DNA of 64,000 nucleotides from Antedon mediterranea (taxonomy: Eukaryota > Animalia > Echinodermata): contig NC_092673.1 of NCBI RefSeq assembly GCF_964355755.1, positions 31,679,648 through 31,743,647 on the forward strand, in the 5' to 3' direction. Positions 12,301 to 23,829 of the stretch are shown in pieces. The stretch's first letter is position 1, and every line of letters begins with the position of its first letter. The notes beneath the pieces were generated by a model. That model was not told the DNA's origin. It made no database searches and saw nothing but the letters and a program-made list of their open reading frames with translations. The translations under genes were made by a program, and so were the position numbers.

Positions 12301-15300
12301 AGTGTGCAAGAATCCACTGTTTCTTTATTCAATTTGTATTGTGTGGGAAGACATGCAAAGTCTTCCTCGGAATAAAACTGACAGTGTTAAAGAAATTATT
12401 CGCAATATTTTGAATCAGTTTAACAAACAAGGAAATGAAAAAAGAATGATTTCTAAATTTGAGGATATTCCAGTGGAATATGCAAATGCTATGATTTTGT
12501 TAGGAAAGTGCATGTATAACAGCTTGAGAGTAAATCAACTTTCAATAAACAAAAAAGACCTACAAGCCAATGACGCTACAGTTGACTTGGCTGTGAAACT
12601 AGGATTTGTTTATAAAGATTTGGCAGTTAGTAAATCTAACTTTGAAGTGTGTTACATGCCTTTTCACAAGTTGATTGCAGAGGCATTAGTAGGATTTTAT
12701 TTGTGTAAACTATGTGAAGTAGAAGGTAGGGAGAATGATCAAGGACAATTACTAACCCCATTGGATGATGGTGATTGGGAGGTGATCAAAGAAAGTGAAC
12801 ATTTAGAGGAGGCAAGAGATTTTGCAATTGGTTTTCTTGGTTCTGATGCTGGTATGTTATTAAAGCATTTGATTTCAAATACTTTATCTTATTGTGATCA
12901 ATTTTTTCGCAGTTTTTATGAGACTTTGTCAGCTGACCGCAAAAGCAAAGTTCTTGCCTACATTTTAGGTCTTTCTAATGTAGTTAACTTTGACATGCAT
13001 AATTCCAATTTATCAGGAGTTTTAATGAATGGAATGATTAGAGAGTGTTCTTTTAAAGGAATTAAGTTGACATTACATGCTCTCAATATTAGTGAAAATA
13101 ACATCAGCGACATTGATGGTACTTTACTGGGTGTTTTCTTAAGTAAGTCTCCTAAGCTGCACAAACTTGACTTGCATGATTGCAAACTATCCGGTAATGT
13201 AATGAATGAAATGATCAGAATACATGCAGGAGATGAGTTAGAATTACAAGACCTTTGTATTGGGAATAATGATATCAGTGACATTGATGGTACTTTATTG
13301 GGTGTTTTCTTGAGTAAGTCTCCTAAGCTGGTTAAGCTTGACATGCAAAATTGCAAACTATCAGGTAATGTAATGAATGAAATGATAAGAGTGTATGCAG
13401 GGGATAAGTCACAATTAGAAAATATTAGTATTAGGAATAATAATTTCAGTGGCATTAATGGTACTTTACTGGGCTCTTTCTTGAGAAAGTCTTCTAAGCT
13501 GAATACTCTTTACATGGATAATTGCAAACTGTCAGGTAACGTAATGAATGAAATGATCAGAATACACGCAGGAGATGAGTTAGAATTACAAGACCTTTGT
13601 ATTGGGAATAATGATATCAGTTGCATTGATGGTACTCTACTGGGTGTATTATTGAGTAAATCTCATAAGCTACTTAAACTTTACATGAATGATTGCAGAC
13701 TATCTGGTAATGTAATGAATGAAATGATCAGAGTGTATTCAGGAGATGAGTTACAACTTCAAGAACTAGATATTGGGAATAATGATTTTAGTGCCATTGA
13801 TGGTACTTTACTGGGTGTTTTCTTGAGTAAGTCTCATAAGCTGCTTAAACTTTACATGAATGATTGCAAACTATCAGGTAATGTAATGAATGAAATGATC
13901 GGAGTGTATTCAGGAGATGAGTTAGAAGTACAAGAACTTGATATAAGGAATAATGATTTCAGTGACATTTCTGGTACTTTATTTGGTACTTTATTGAGTA
14001 AGTCTTCTAAGCTTCATAAACTTTACATGAATGATTGCAAACTGTCAGGTAACATAATGAATACAATTATTAGTGCGTATTCAGAAGGGTTACAAATACA
14101 AGAGCTTTATATTGGGAATAATGACATCAGTCATATCGATGGTACATTACTGGGTACTTTCTTGAGTAATTCTCCTAAGCTGGTTAAACTTTACATGAAT
14201 GATTGCAATCTATCTGGTAGCATATTTAATTCATTGATCATAGTATATGTAGGAGATGAGTTACAATTACAAGAGCTTAGTATTAGAAATAATGACATCA
14301 GTCATATCGATGGTTCCTTACTGGGTGTTTTTTTGAGTAATTCTCCTAAGCTGGTTAAACTTTACATGAATGATTGCAATCTATCAGGTTCCATAGTAAA
14401 TGAAATGTTCAGTGGGTATGTAGTTGATGAGTTACAATTACAAGAGTTTTATATTGGGAATAATGATATCAGTGGCATTGATGGTACTTTACTGGGTGTA
14501 TTCTTGAGTAGGTCTCCAAAGCTGCTTAAACTTGACATGAAAGATTGCAAACTATCAGGTTACATAGTAAACGAAATGATTAGAGGGTATGTAGGTGATG
14601 AGTTACAACTTCAAGAACTAGATATTGGGTATAATGATTTTAGTGCCATTGATGGTACTTTGCTGGGTACTTTTTTAAGTAAGTCTCCTAAACTGCATAA
14701 ACTTTACATAGATGATTGCAAACTATCAGGTAATGTAATGAATGAAATGATCAGAGTGTATTCAGGAGATGAGTTAGAATTACAAGAGCTTAGTATTACG
14801 AACAATGATATCAGAGAAATTGATGGTACTTCACTGGGTGTTTTCTTGAGTAAGTTTCCTAAGCTGATTAAACTTTACATGGATAATTGCAAACTATCTG
14901 GTAATGTAATGAATGAAATGATCAGAATACATGCAGGAGATCAGTTAGAATTACAAGACCTTTGTTTTATGAATAATGATTTCAGTGACATTAATGGTAC
15001 TATACTGGGTGTTTTCTTGAGGAAGTCTCATAGGCTGCTTAAACTTTACATGAATAACTGCAGACTATCTGGTAATTTAATGAATAAAATGATCAGAGTG
15101 TATGCAGTAGAAGAGTTGGAATTACAAGAACTTGATATTAGAAATAATAATTTCAGTGACATTGATGGTACTTTACTGGGTGTATTCTTGAGTAGGTCTC
15201 CTAGGCTGCTTAAACTTTACATGAAAGATTGCAAACTATCAGGTAATGTAATGAATGACATGATCAGAGTGTATTCACGTGATGAGTTAGATTTTCAAGA

Positions 15301-18181
15301 ACTAGATATTGGGTATAATGATTTTAGCGCCATTGATGGTACTTTACTGGGTACTTTTTTAAGTAAGTCTCCTAAACTGCATAAACTTTACATGAATGAT
15401 TGCAAACTATCAGGTAATGTAATGAATGAAATGATCGGAGTGTATTCAGGAGATGAGTTACAACTACATGAACTTGATATTAGGAATAATGATATCAGTG
15501 GCATCAACGGTATTTTACTGTGTGTTTTCTTGAGTAAGTCTCCTAAGCTGCTTAAACTTTACATGAGTGATTGCAAACTATCAGGTAACATGATGAATGA
15601 AATGATGATATTGTATTCTGGAGATGTGTTACAAGAACTTGATATTAGGAATAATGATTTTAGTGCCATTAATGGTACATTACTGGGTGTTTTCTTGAGT
15701 AAGTCTCCTAAGCTGCTTAAACTTTACATGAATGATTGCAAAATATCAGGTAACATAATGAATGAAATGATCAGAGTGTATTCAGGAGATGTGTTACCAT
15801 TACAAGTCCTTTGTATTGGAAATAATAATTTCAGTGACATTGATGGTACTTTACTTGGTGTTTTCTTGAGTAAGTCTCCTAAGCTGATTACACTTTACAT
15901 GGATGATTGCAGACTATCAGGTAGTGTAATGAATGAAATGATCAGAGTGTATTCAGGAGATGTGTTACCATTACAAGTCCTTTGTATTGGAAATAATAAT
16001 TTCAGTGACATTGATGGCACTTTACTGGGTGTTTTCTTGAGTAAGTCTCCTAAGCTGCTTAAACTTTACATGGATGATTGCAAACTATCAGGTAATGTAA
16101 TGAATGAAATGATCGGAGTGTGTTCAGGAGATGAGTTAGAATTACAAGAACTTGATATTAGGAATAATGATATCAGTGGAATTGATGGTACTTTACTTGG
16201 TGTTTTCTTGAGTAAGTCTCCTAAGCTGATTAAACTTTACATGGATGATTGCAAACTATGTGGGAATGTACTAAATGAAATGATCAGAGTGTATTCAGGA
16301 GATGTGTTACCATTACAAGTCCTTTGTATTGGAAATAATAATTTCAGTGACATTAATGGTACTTTATTGGGTGTATTCTTGAGTAAGTTCCCTAAGCTGC
16401 TTAAACTGTACATGAATCATTGCAAACTATCAGGTAACATATTGAATGAAATGATCAAAGTGTATTTAGAAGATGAGTTAGAATTACAAGACCTTAATAT
16501 TGGGAATAATAATATCAGTGACATTGATGGTACTTTACTGGGTGTTTTCTTGAGTAAGTCTCCTAAGCTGCTTAAACTTTACATGGATGATTGCAAACTA
16601 TGTGGTAACGTACTAAATGAAATGATCAGAGTGTATTCAGGAGATGTGTTACCATTACAAGTCCTTTGTATTGGAAATAATGATTTCAGTGACATTAATG
16701 GTACTTTACTGGGTGTATTCTTGAGTAAGTTCCCTAAGCTGCTTAAACTGTACATGAATCATTGCAAACTATCAGGTAACATATTGAATGAAATGATCAA
16801 AGTGTATTTAGAAGATGAGTTAGAATTACAAGACCTTAATATTGGGAATAATAATATCAGTGACATCGATGGTACTTTACTGGGTGTTTTCTTGAGTAAG
16901 TCTCCTAAGCTGCTTAAACTTTACATGGATGATTGCAAACTATCAGGTAATGTAATGAATGAAATGATCGGAGTGTATTTAGGAGATGAGTTAGAATTAC
17001 AAGAACTTGATATTAGGAATAATGATATCAGTGCCATTAATGGTACATTACTGGGTGTTTTCTTGAGTAAGTCTCCTAAGCTGCTTAAACTTTACATGAA
17101 TGATTGCAAAATATCAGGTAACATAATGAATGAAATGATCAGAGTGTATTCAGGAGATGTGTTACCATTACAAGTCCTTTGTATTGGAAATAATAATTTC
17201 AGTGACATTGATGGTACTTTACTTGGTGTTTTCTTGAGTAAGTCTCCTAAGCTGATTACACTTTACATGGATGATTGTAGACTATCAGGTAATGTAATGA
17301 ATGAAATGATCAGAGTGTATTCAGTAGATGTGTTACAATTACAAGAACTTTATATTGGATATAATGATATCAGTGACATTGATGGTACTTTACTGGGTGT
17401 TTTCTTGAGTAAGTCTCCTAAACTGCATAAACTTTACATGGATGATTGCAGACTATCAGGTAATGTAATGAATAAAATGATCAGAGTGTATGCAAGAGAT
17501 ATTTTACAATTACAAGTCTTTTGTATTTGGAATAATGATTTTAATGACATTGATGGTACTTTACTAGGTGTTTTGTTGAGCAAGTGTCCTAAGCTGGTTA
17601 AACTATACATGCATGATTGCAAACTATCGGGTTTTGTAATGAATGAAATGATGAGAATGTATGGAGAAAACGAGTTGGCACTACAAGAGTTTAATATTGG
17701 AGGTAATTATATCAGTGACATTGATGGTACTTTACTGGGTGTTTTCTTGAGTAAGTCTCCTAAACTGCATAAACTTTACATGGATGATTGCAGACTATCA
17801 GGTAATGTAATGAATAAAATGATCAGAGTGTATGCAAGAGATATTTTACAATTACAAGTCTTTTGTATTGGGAATAATGATTTTAATGACATTGATGGTA
17901 CTTTACTAGGTGTTTTCTTGAGCAAGTGTCCTAAGCTGGTTAAACTATACATGCATGATTGCAAACTATCGGGTTTTGTAATGAATGAAATGATGAGAAT
18001 GTATGGAGAAAACGAGTTGGCACTACAAGAGTTTAATATTGGAGGTAATTGTATCAGTGACATTAATGACACTTTACTGGGTACTTTCTTGAGTAAGTGT
18101 CCTAAGCTGGTTAAAATCGATATGCATAATTATAAGCAATCAGATGCCATAGCAAATGTCGTGTACTATGCCTCATGTTAA
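311..18181 (+). CDS. NLR-A: NACHT-LRR immune receptor gene, 5' part outside the window. Visible coding exons 311-367, 453-503, 9866-9931, 11559-18181
   Basis: Three AG..GT-bounded phase 1-1 exons (57, 51, 66 nt; LLIRFESLKEEHEEVKRK, AGDFEMQEEVVLEPSK, QLKKYEKLKEELQRNLDSRKE) are homologous to NLR-B exons 37558-37614, 37699-37746 and 39248-39316 and splice in frame into the large terminal exon. Confidence 0.8.
686..790 (-). mobile_element. Short interspersed repeat, Helentron-associated (HINE/DINE-1-like) candidate
   Basis: Reverse complement resembles 46790-46880 and the split copy at about 26195-26237 plus 26775-26810 (cactatgtcggtcggtcggtaaac...ctcaaatttg...ggccttgtt). It has a GTCG microsatellite and T-rich ends. 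Family assignment is inference. Confidence 0.45.
1696..2224 (+). repeat. 5' LTR (529 bp)
   Basis: tgtgccggctta...ccagaaca, near-identical to 7899-8436 (about 8 substitutions, one 12-bp and one 3-bp indel by eye). Confidence 0.92.
2314..4686 (+). pseudogene. BEL/Pao gag (Cys/His zinc knuckles) and aspartic protease part of the polyprotein
   Basis: CPIH..H..C, CLRC..H..C and CLLC..H knuckles; protease-like IVLDEQSNRS. Ends at an in-frame TAG (4684-4686) with pol continuing in the same frame. The likely ATGs (2249/2267) are out of frame across an A9 run. Confidence 0.85.
4687..7773 (+). pseudogene. BEL/Pao pol (RT, RNase H, integrase), disrupted
   Basis: KIRVVFDSSA, ADIEQMF, YVED (expected YVDD), LHTFVDAS, TVPRLEL, NPADLASRG, H..H..C..C integrase zinc finger, GLDVFGP, IRSDCGTNF, GGTWER, FWSRWKKEYL. 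Frameshifts near 7150 and 7430-7470. Confidence 0.92.
7899..8436 (+). repeat. 3' LTR (538 bp)
   Basis: Direct repeat of 1696-2224, preceded by a polypurine tract. Confidence 0.92.
8437..8745 (+). repeat. Truncated second copy of the gag 5' region directly after the 3' LTR
   Basis: Near-identical to 2251-2559, lacks the 26 nt (2225-2250) that follow the 5' LTR, then joins MITE sequence. Confidence 0.9.
11559..18181 (+). CDS. NLR-A terminal exon: NACHT NTPase, helical and winged-helix region, very long LRR solenoid
   Basis: Acceptor tcttacag at 11551-11558; Walker A GEAGTGKT, Walker B MLDGLDEL, sensor ILTSR, NPLFL, FHKLIAEAL; open frame of about 2200 aa. Confidence 0.93.
13091..18178 (+). repeat. 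Coding tandem array of 30 x 171-bp units (57-aa RI-like LRR pair)
   Basis: Consensus GNNDISDIDGTLLGVFLSKSPKLLKLYMNDCKLSGNVMNEMIRVYSGDELELQELDI counted 30 times in the translation, last unit partial. Confidence 0.95.
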
Positions 18182-19970
18182 TATCACTGAAAAATAGGTA
18201 TTCTTTATGGTACTACAAATATTGTTATCAACAAGTAGGATACTTTTTTTCAGGAGCACTTCTTATTGTCACTACGGTCTGGAATTGACCCATATAGAAA
18301 ACCAGGTGCTTTTGTAAGCCAGGCGAGTAGTTTAATCATGCTATGGTGTTTTAATTACCATAGTATTTGTAATATTTGGGTATTAGGAAATATAATAGGT
18401 TACTTGAGTTATGTTTCTATTTGTTTACATTAGATCATTAATGTTTAAGTGTACTGATATGTTTTATTGTCTGGCAAATTGCTGACAGCTGACTTAAATC
18501 TAATTATTTATATTAATATAGTTTTTGATTAATGTTTGACTAAACATTTGTTTTTTACTTATTATTGTAGCCTATGTTCATAGTGGTATTAATCAATTAC
18601 ACAGAGTCTTGAAATCCAACTATAAATACAACACTTTATTGGGTTGTCCTGACATAACAGTCTAAAAACATCCACCTTGAAGACCCACAAGGTCTCACCC
18701 CTCTATGAGTGACGTTCACTTATAGGGTTACATTATTATCTCTAGCATTTAACAAGTTTTCTTCTGAACTAATCAAAAAAGTAGTATCCCAACCCAAAAC
18801 TGAAGATAGAAATATATGGTATAAATTCATCATAAAGCGTGGGTACAGTGTTTGGGGTCATGGCTCATATACGGCCTTGTAGTTTAGCAGTATTTAAGTA
18901 AGAAATATTTAATCCATAATAGGTCTATCATCTGTTAGTATATTTTGAAATGCAGATGCTTCTGTAAATAAATGTCTTGGATACATACATACATACTTGG
19001 ATGATTACTATATATAATTACTATGTTGTAAATAAACATTGAAATATTATAATAAAAATTTAAATCTAATATTTGTATTCTGGTTGATTTATTACAATGT
19101 TGTTATAGACCTGTTATAGACTGTTTTTTAGCTAATAAATAAAAAAAAACCCTAGTTGATTAGACCACTCTATCATAGTAATGGCCTTTCATAAAAACTA
19201 CTGTAACAATTGAATTATATCTAGCTAATACGGTTTATTTGATCGTGTCCAAAGAAAGTTTGAGGTACTCTACCACTCACACCTGCAAACTTTAATTATC
19301 TTGCTTTGTCAAGAAAATTAAAATACCTGGTTCTAAAATATAAGCTACAATATTCCATGTACAATATGTTGGCAAATTATAATGAAGCTCTCGCATTTAG
19401 ACAACTACTGCTGGAGACTCACCACCATACATTACCCTTTAGAGGTTTAGAACAACCAATTGGCAAGGAGGCAAATCAACCAAATCAGCAATTTGGACAA
19501 CATAGGAACTAGTTATGTCATGGTAAATTCATTATGTGTATGCATGTACATTGAGTAGTATAGGTTCTAGACACATATGGCATTTCATACGTACAATACG
19601 AAAAATCCAGACAAAAATTGAAACGCCGACTGATGGACTATCATGAAAAAGACAATAACTACAGACTTGGGGCAAGTCTACTTGAGCTTGAAATATCCAG
19701 AAATTGAAACGCAGACTGGTGGACATGAAAAAGATAATAGTCTAAGACAACCAATAACACTATGCAATATGCATAGTTGTAAATCATAGGTCATTTCAAA
19801 TCAGAGTGATTGAACCAAAAGGCAATAACTACAGACTTGGGGTAAGTCTAAGACAACCAATGGCACTATGCAATATACATAGTTGTAGATCATAGGTCAT
19901 TTCAAATCTGAGTGATTGAACCAAAACAAAATAAAACAACACAACTTTGTATCTGAAAATAAGATGCTTT
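18182..19970 (+). repeat. 3' flank of NLR-A, paralogous to the NLR-B 3' flank (42359-48417) after removing TE insertions
   Basis: Collinear shared blocks: 18790-18980 with 44357-44550, 19152-19553 with 46900-47331, 19548-19970 with 48149-48417. Confidence 0.85.
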
Positions 19971-20384
19971 ATATTCTTTACCATTGCCCGTGTACTACTC
20001 TACGCCCGGTAAATTAAGTATTGTTTTTATGATATAAATTAGTATAAAGTACATGTTATTAATAGGATAAAATGTTAAATGTCATTAACATGTATTTGTT
20101 TTACCGGAAAAAAGTTAAATATAGGAATATTATTAAACTTTCCTTCGTGAAAACGCGTAAACACCAACACGCCCGGTCACGCTATCGTAGCGCCCGGTTG
20201 ATAAAGTCGAACTGTTTATACGGCAGTTTTTACTAAATAAATTGCATAAAAAAAACAATTAAATATCCAAATAGCATTTAACATGATGTTGGCATGTAGT
20301 TGATAACATTTTTTATCATGAAAATACTACCGGTGGTCCAGCCTTTGATTAGTGAAACCGTCACAAAAAGTTGTATACATCCCA

Positions 20385-20866
20385 CCCAGCGGGCAAAACA
20401 CGTTGGATTGACGTTGAATCAACGTCGAACCCTGACGTCGACACGCCGTTGAATAGACGCTGGATATGAAAGGTGGATCGACGTCATTATGCCAACGTTG
20501 TATCAACGTCGGATATCAACGTTTCATTGACGTCTAATTACGACGTCGATACAACGTTGAATTGTAGTTGGATTTGAAAGGTGAATCGACGTCATCTTTT
20601 GACGTTGTGTCAACGTCGGAAATCAACGTTGCATTGACGTCCAGCCATTGGATTTGAAAGGTGAATCAACGTCTTCTTTGTGACGTTATGTCAACGTCGG
20701 AAATCAACGTTGCATCGACGTCCAGCCTTGAAGTCGACGATACGTTGGATTGTAGTTGGATTTGAAAGGTGAATCGACGTCTTCGTTGCGATCCGACGTT
20801 GATGTCAGGTTGTCCGACGTCGCGACCTAATTTCAACGTTGATTCAACGTCGGTATGCCCGCTGGG
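20385..20866. mobile_element. MITE with CCCAGCGGGCA TIRs and many (A/G)ACGT(C/T) subterminal repeats, probably animal EnSpm/CACTA-type
   Basis: cccagcgggca...tgcccgctggg termini; internal repeats of ggatttgaaaggtgaatcgacgtc. No exact TSD (ca versus ta). Confidence 0.75.
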
Positions 20867-20867
20867 T

Positions 20868-21181
20868 AGTGAGTGAGTGGCCGAGCGGTTAAGACAGTGG
20901 AACCGTAATCACGTAGCCATAACATCGGCAGGGGTTCGAGGCTCACTCACTCCATGGTTCTGGTGGTAGAACGAGTCTTCTCGGATAAGGACTATAAACC
21001 GTAGGTCCAGTGTACACAACTTGCTCGTGTGCACTTTAAAGAACCTAGTACATCTTTCGAGATGAGTAGGGGGTTACCCCGGTGTATTAGTACATCACAG
21101 CCACTGATCACCAACTGGGCCCTCTGGGAGATCAGTCTTTGACTGAAGAGGTTACCCAGTATAAAGATAAAACAAACAAAC
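20868..21181 (+). mobile_element. tRNA-derived SINE with Deu/Nin-like central domain
   Basis: A-box tggccgagcggttaag, B-box ggttcgaggc, core cggataaggactataaaccgtaggtcc...gagtagggggttaccccggtgt, (AAAC)n tail. Second copy at 50653-50932. Confidence 0.8.
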
Positions 21182-21892
21182 TCCAGGTTGTGAAGCATAT
21201 TAAGCTATTAGGAGTTTTGATCCAAGACGACTTGAGGTGGAATTCACATGTTAACGAAATAATTACAAAGGCTTCCCGTAGGTTATATACACTGTATTTT
21301 ACGTAGGGCTATAAATGCCCCAGTTGACGATATGAAATGTATTTATTTGAGTTACATTCGCCCTATATTGGAATACGCCTGCCCTGTATGGCATGGTGCC
21401 ATTACACAAAAACTTCATACCTAACTTATTGAAAGGGCTAAAAAAAGGGGCCCTAAAATTATTCCTGGCCTTAACTACAATTCATATAAATTAGCTTTAG
21501 AATTTTTAAATTTACCTTTGCTAAAAGTCAGGCCTGATAATCTAGTACTGACTTTTGGCAAGAAGCTGTCGAACTCGGACAAGTTCAGTTATTTGCTCCC
21601 CCTCCCTATCCGTAGTATTCCTCGTGTTTTCCGAAGCAATGGCAAGGTCAAATATCAACACTACAAACTGAGAACCGAAAGATTAACAATTTCACCAATC
21701 CCTACAATAATTAATATGCTAAACAATAGTTCATAGAGCCAAAGCGACAAAGTGATATTGTTGTACATTTTATTTCATTTTTATTACACCCTTTTTATTG
21801 TTATGCAAGTAAATTGTACAGTAATTTTGTAAATGCAATGTTTTTAGCCTTGCGGCTACTTTTTGTAAGTTTTATACGCGAATAAATAAATT
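21182..21892 (+). mobile_element. 5'-truncated CR1/L2-group LINE 3' fragment (RT C-terminus, frameshifted)
   Basis: KLLGVLIQDDLRWNSHVNEIITKASRRLY and IRPILEYACPVWHGAIT; ends in aataaataaa. Confidence 0.8.
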
Positions 21893-22448
21893 TAAAATCA
21901 TTTTTACCATTTTAAGATTCATTTAAACAGTAGAACAGGGCATTTAAGATTTTTGCTTGCAAATTTAGTTTATTTGGGGACTATACTTATTGGTTGCCTT
22001 GTTATGTAGGGCCATGAGCATTTAAGATTTTAAGGTTTGTCTGTAATTAGTTTGTGAATCTACATTTTTTTTACTGAAATGGTTACCTGGAAACAGAGGA
22101 CAATTTGCAGAATCCAGAAAAACTCATCTGGCGTTGGGGAGGGTAAAATGGTACAAAAGGTTTGGGCATTAAAAGGAATTAGGTACTGGGGACCATGTCA
22201 TGGCATAGAAGCTTTTTGAGCTATTTATTTCCCTTTAATCAAAATTATGGACAATTTCTAATATAAATTCTATGTAATTCTATCTCTTTCCTCACATTTT
22301 TGTTTATTACTGAAATTTGCATTGGACACCCACCCACGAGACTTCCGCTCGCATCCACCCCCAGGGGAAGTACTAGGCTCCGAATGGAGCATGTAACTGA
22401 GTTGTTAGTTGTTGTAGAGAGCCTCTATCAAATTGGTATTCAACTGGG

Positions 22449-23514
22449 GGGTGTCACGAAACCTAAGACCACGAAAGCTAAGACCCCCTAAGACCTAAGA
22501 TCACGAAAGCTAAGACCCAAGACCTAAGATTACAAATATTTATCTTTCGCACCTGCCTTGTATTTTACCTTCCAACATTTATTCTGAATACCACACCTTA
22601 GAATTGGCACTTTCATGAAAAAGAATCACATAAAAAGTAACAAATACATTTTTAAATTGATGATTTTACAGACGTTTTTCTCGCATACAAAATGACTAGC
22701 CTACAGTACACTGGTAGGCCTACCCCATGTTCAATGTTTTTGTTTCTATGGAACGTCAAAAGAGCAAAAATTATATAGAGGGCTGAAAACTCTGTGGAGC
22801 GAGTCCATCTACAGTGTGGATGGAACAATGTAAAATTTAAATTGTAATGATAATAGTATAATCATGCAAGTACGAAGAAATAAATACTGGCAAATAAATT
22901 TTAACTTAAAAATCATGATAAGTTTTTTTGTTTCGTTTTCTTTCTGTTTTTATACTTGTACTATTATTGTTGCTCTTTTGGCGCTCCATAGAAACAAAAA
23001 CATTGAGCATGGGGAGCTCGAGGAGTTACATTACAGTATACAAAGAAACACGTCTGTAAAATCATCAATTTAAAGGATTTATTTATTTGTTATTATGTGT
23101 TTCTCCTTCTGAAAGTACTTATAAGTCCTAATTTTAAAGTTTGGTATTCAGGATAAAGTTAGTAAACAAATTTGGAGTCAAAATACAAGAAAGGCAGGTG
23201 CGTAAGAAAAACTTCCCCTGAACCAACACATTGGAGTAAATATATACCAACAAACAACCCGTCAAGTTTGTTTGTTGTAAAGAAAAATATACATTTACTC
23301 AACGGGCGAAAATAATGTGAGTTTATCTGTGTTTTGCGGTAGTATTAAATTATATTTATGGTAATAAATAAAACCTACTGTGTTTAAATTATGTATGGAT
23401 AAACAAGTATTGTTTTTAAGCTGTAGTATATCTTAGAATTTGTAATCTTAGGTCTTGGGTCTTAGCTTTCGTTAGGGGGTCTTAGCTTTCGTGGTCTTAG
23501 GTTTCGTGACACCC
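22449..23514. mobile_element. Foldback MITE with exact 10-bp TSD (MULE-like)
   Basis: TIR gggtgtcacgaaacctaagaccacgaaagctaagaccccctaa; TSD ttcaactggg (22439-22448, 23515-23524); inner inverted arms about 22655-22765 and 22970-23075. Confidence 0.88.
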
Positions 23515-23583
23515 TTCAACTGGGAATGCTACTAGGTGAAAGTTCATCAAATCATCAACTTTGTGTTAATTTCACAGTACTAA

Positions 23584-23829
23584 CTACACTATCAAACTAG
23601 TTTGACAAAAAAAAGTGTGATGTGCTCAAACCGCTCAAATATGGTATAGTAGTGATATGTCGACATCACACAGCCACTGTAACAGACACTAATAACTCAT
23701 CAAGATGGCCCCTTGATTGTCAGCATACGCTGTTTAGGGTCACCCTCTATAAATAAGGTGAAATAAAAATCATGTCCATATTTGGGCATTTTTTGTCACA
23801 TAAAGTTTAATAGTGTAGACAGAACTTAA
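23584..23829. mobile_element. Degraded small TIR element (PIF/Harbinger-like), related half copy at 39074-39190
   Basis: ctacactatcaaact...tgacaaaaaa versus ttttttgtcacataaagtttaatagtgtagac; same left end at 39081. Confidence 0.5.

Noticed and set aside
11617-18072. Antisense ORFs over the NLR exons (also 39949-40749)
   Set aside because: Shadow frames of the coding strand with no independent signal
20390-20860. CRISPR-like or regulatory repeat array
   Set aside because: Eukaryotic context, no unique spacers, and the repeats are enclosed by TIRs
20868-20953. tRNA gene
   Set aside because: A and B boxes are present but the sequence continues into a SINE body that has a second copy; no convincing anticodon arm or oligo-T terminator
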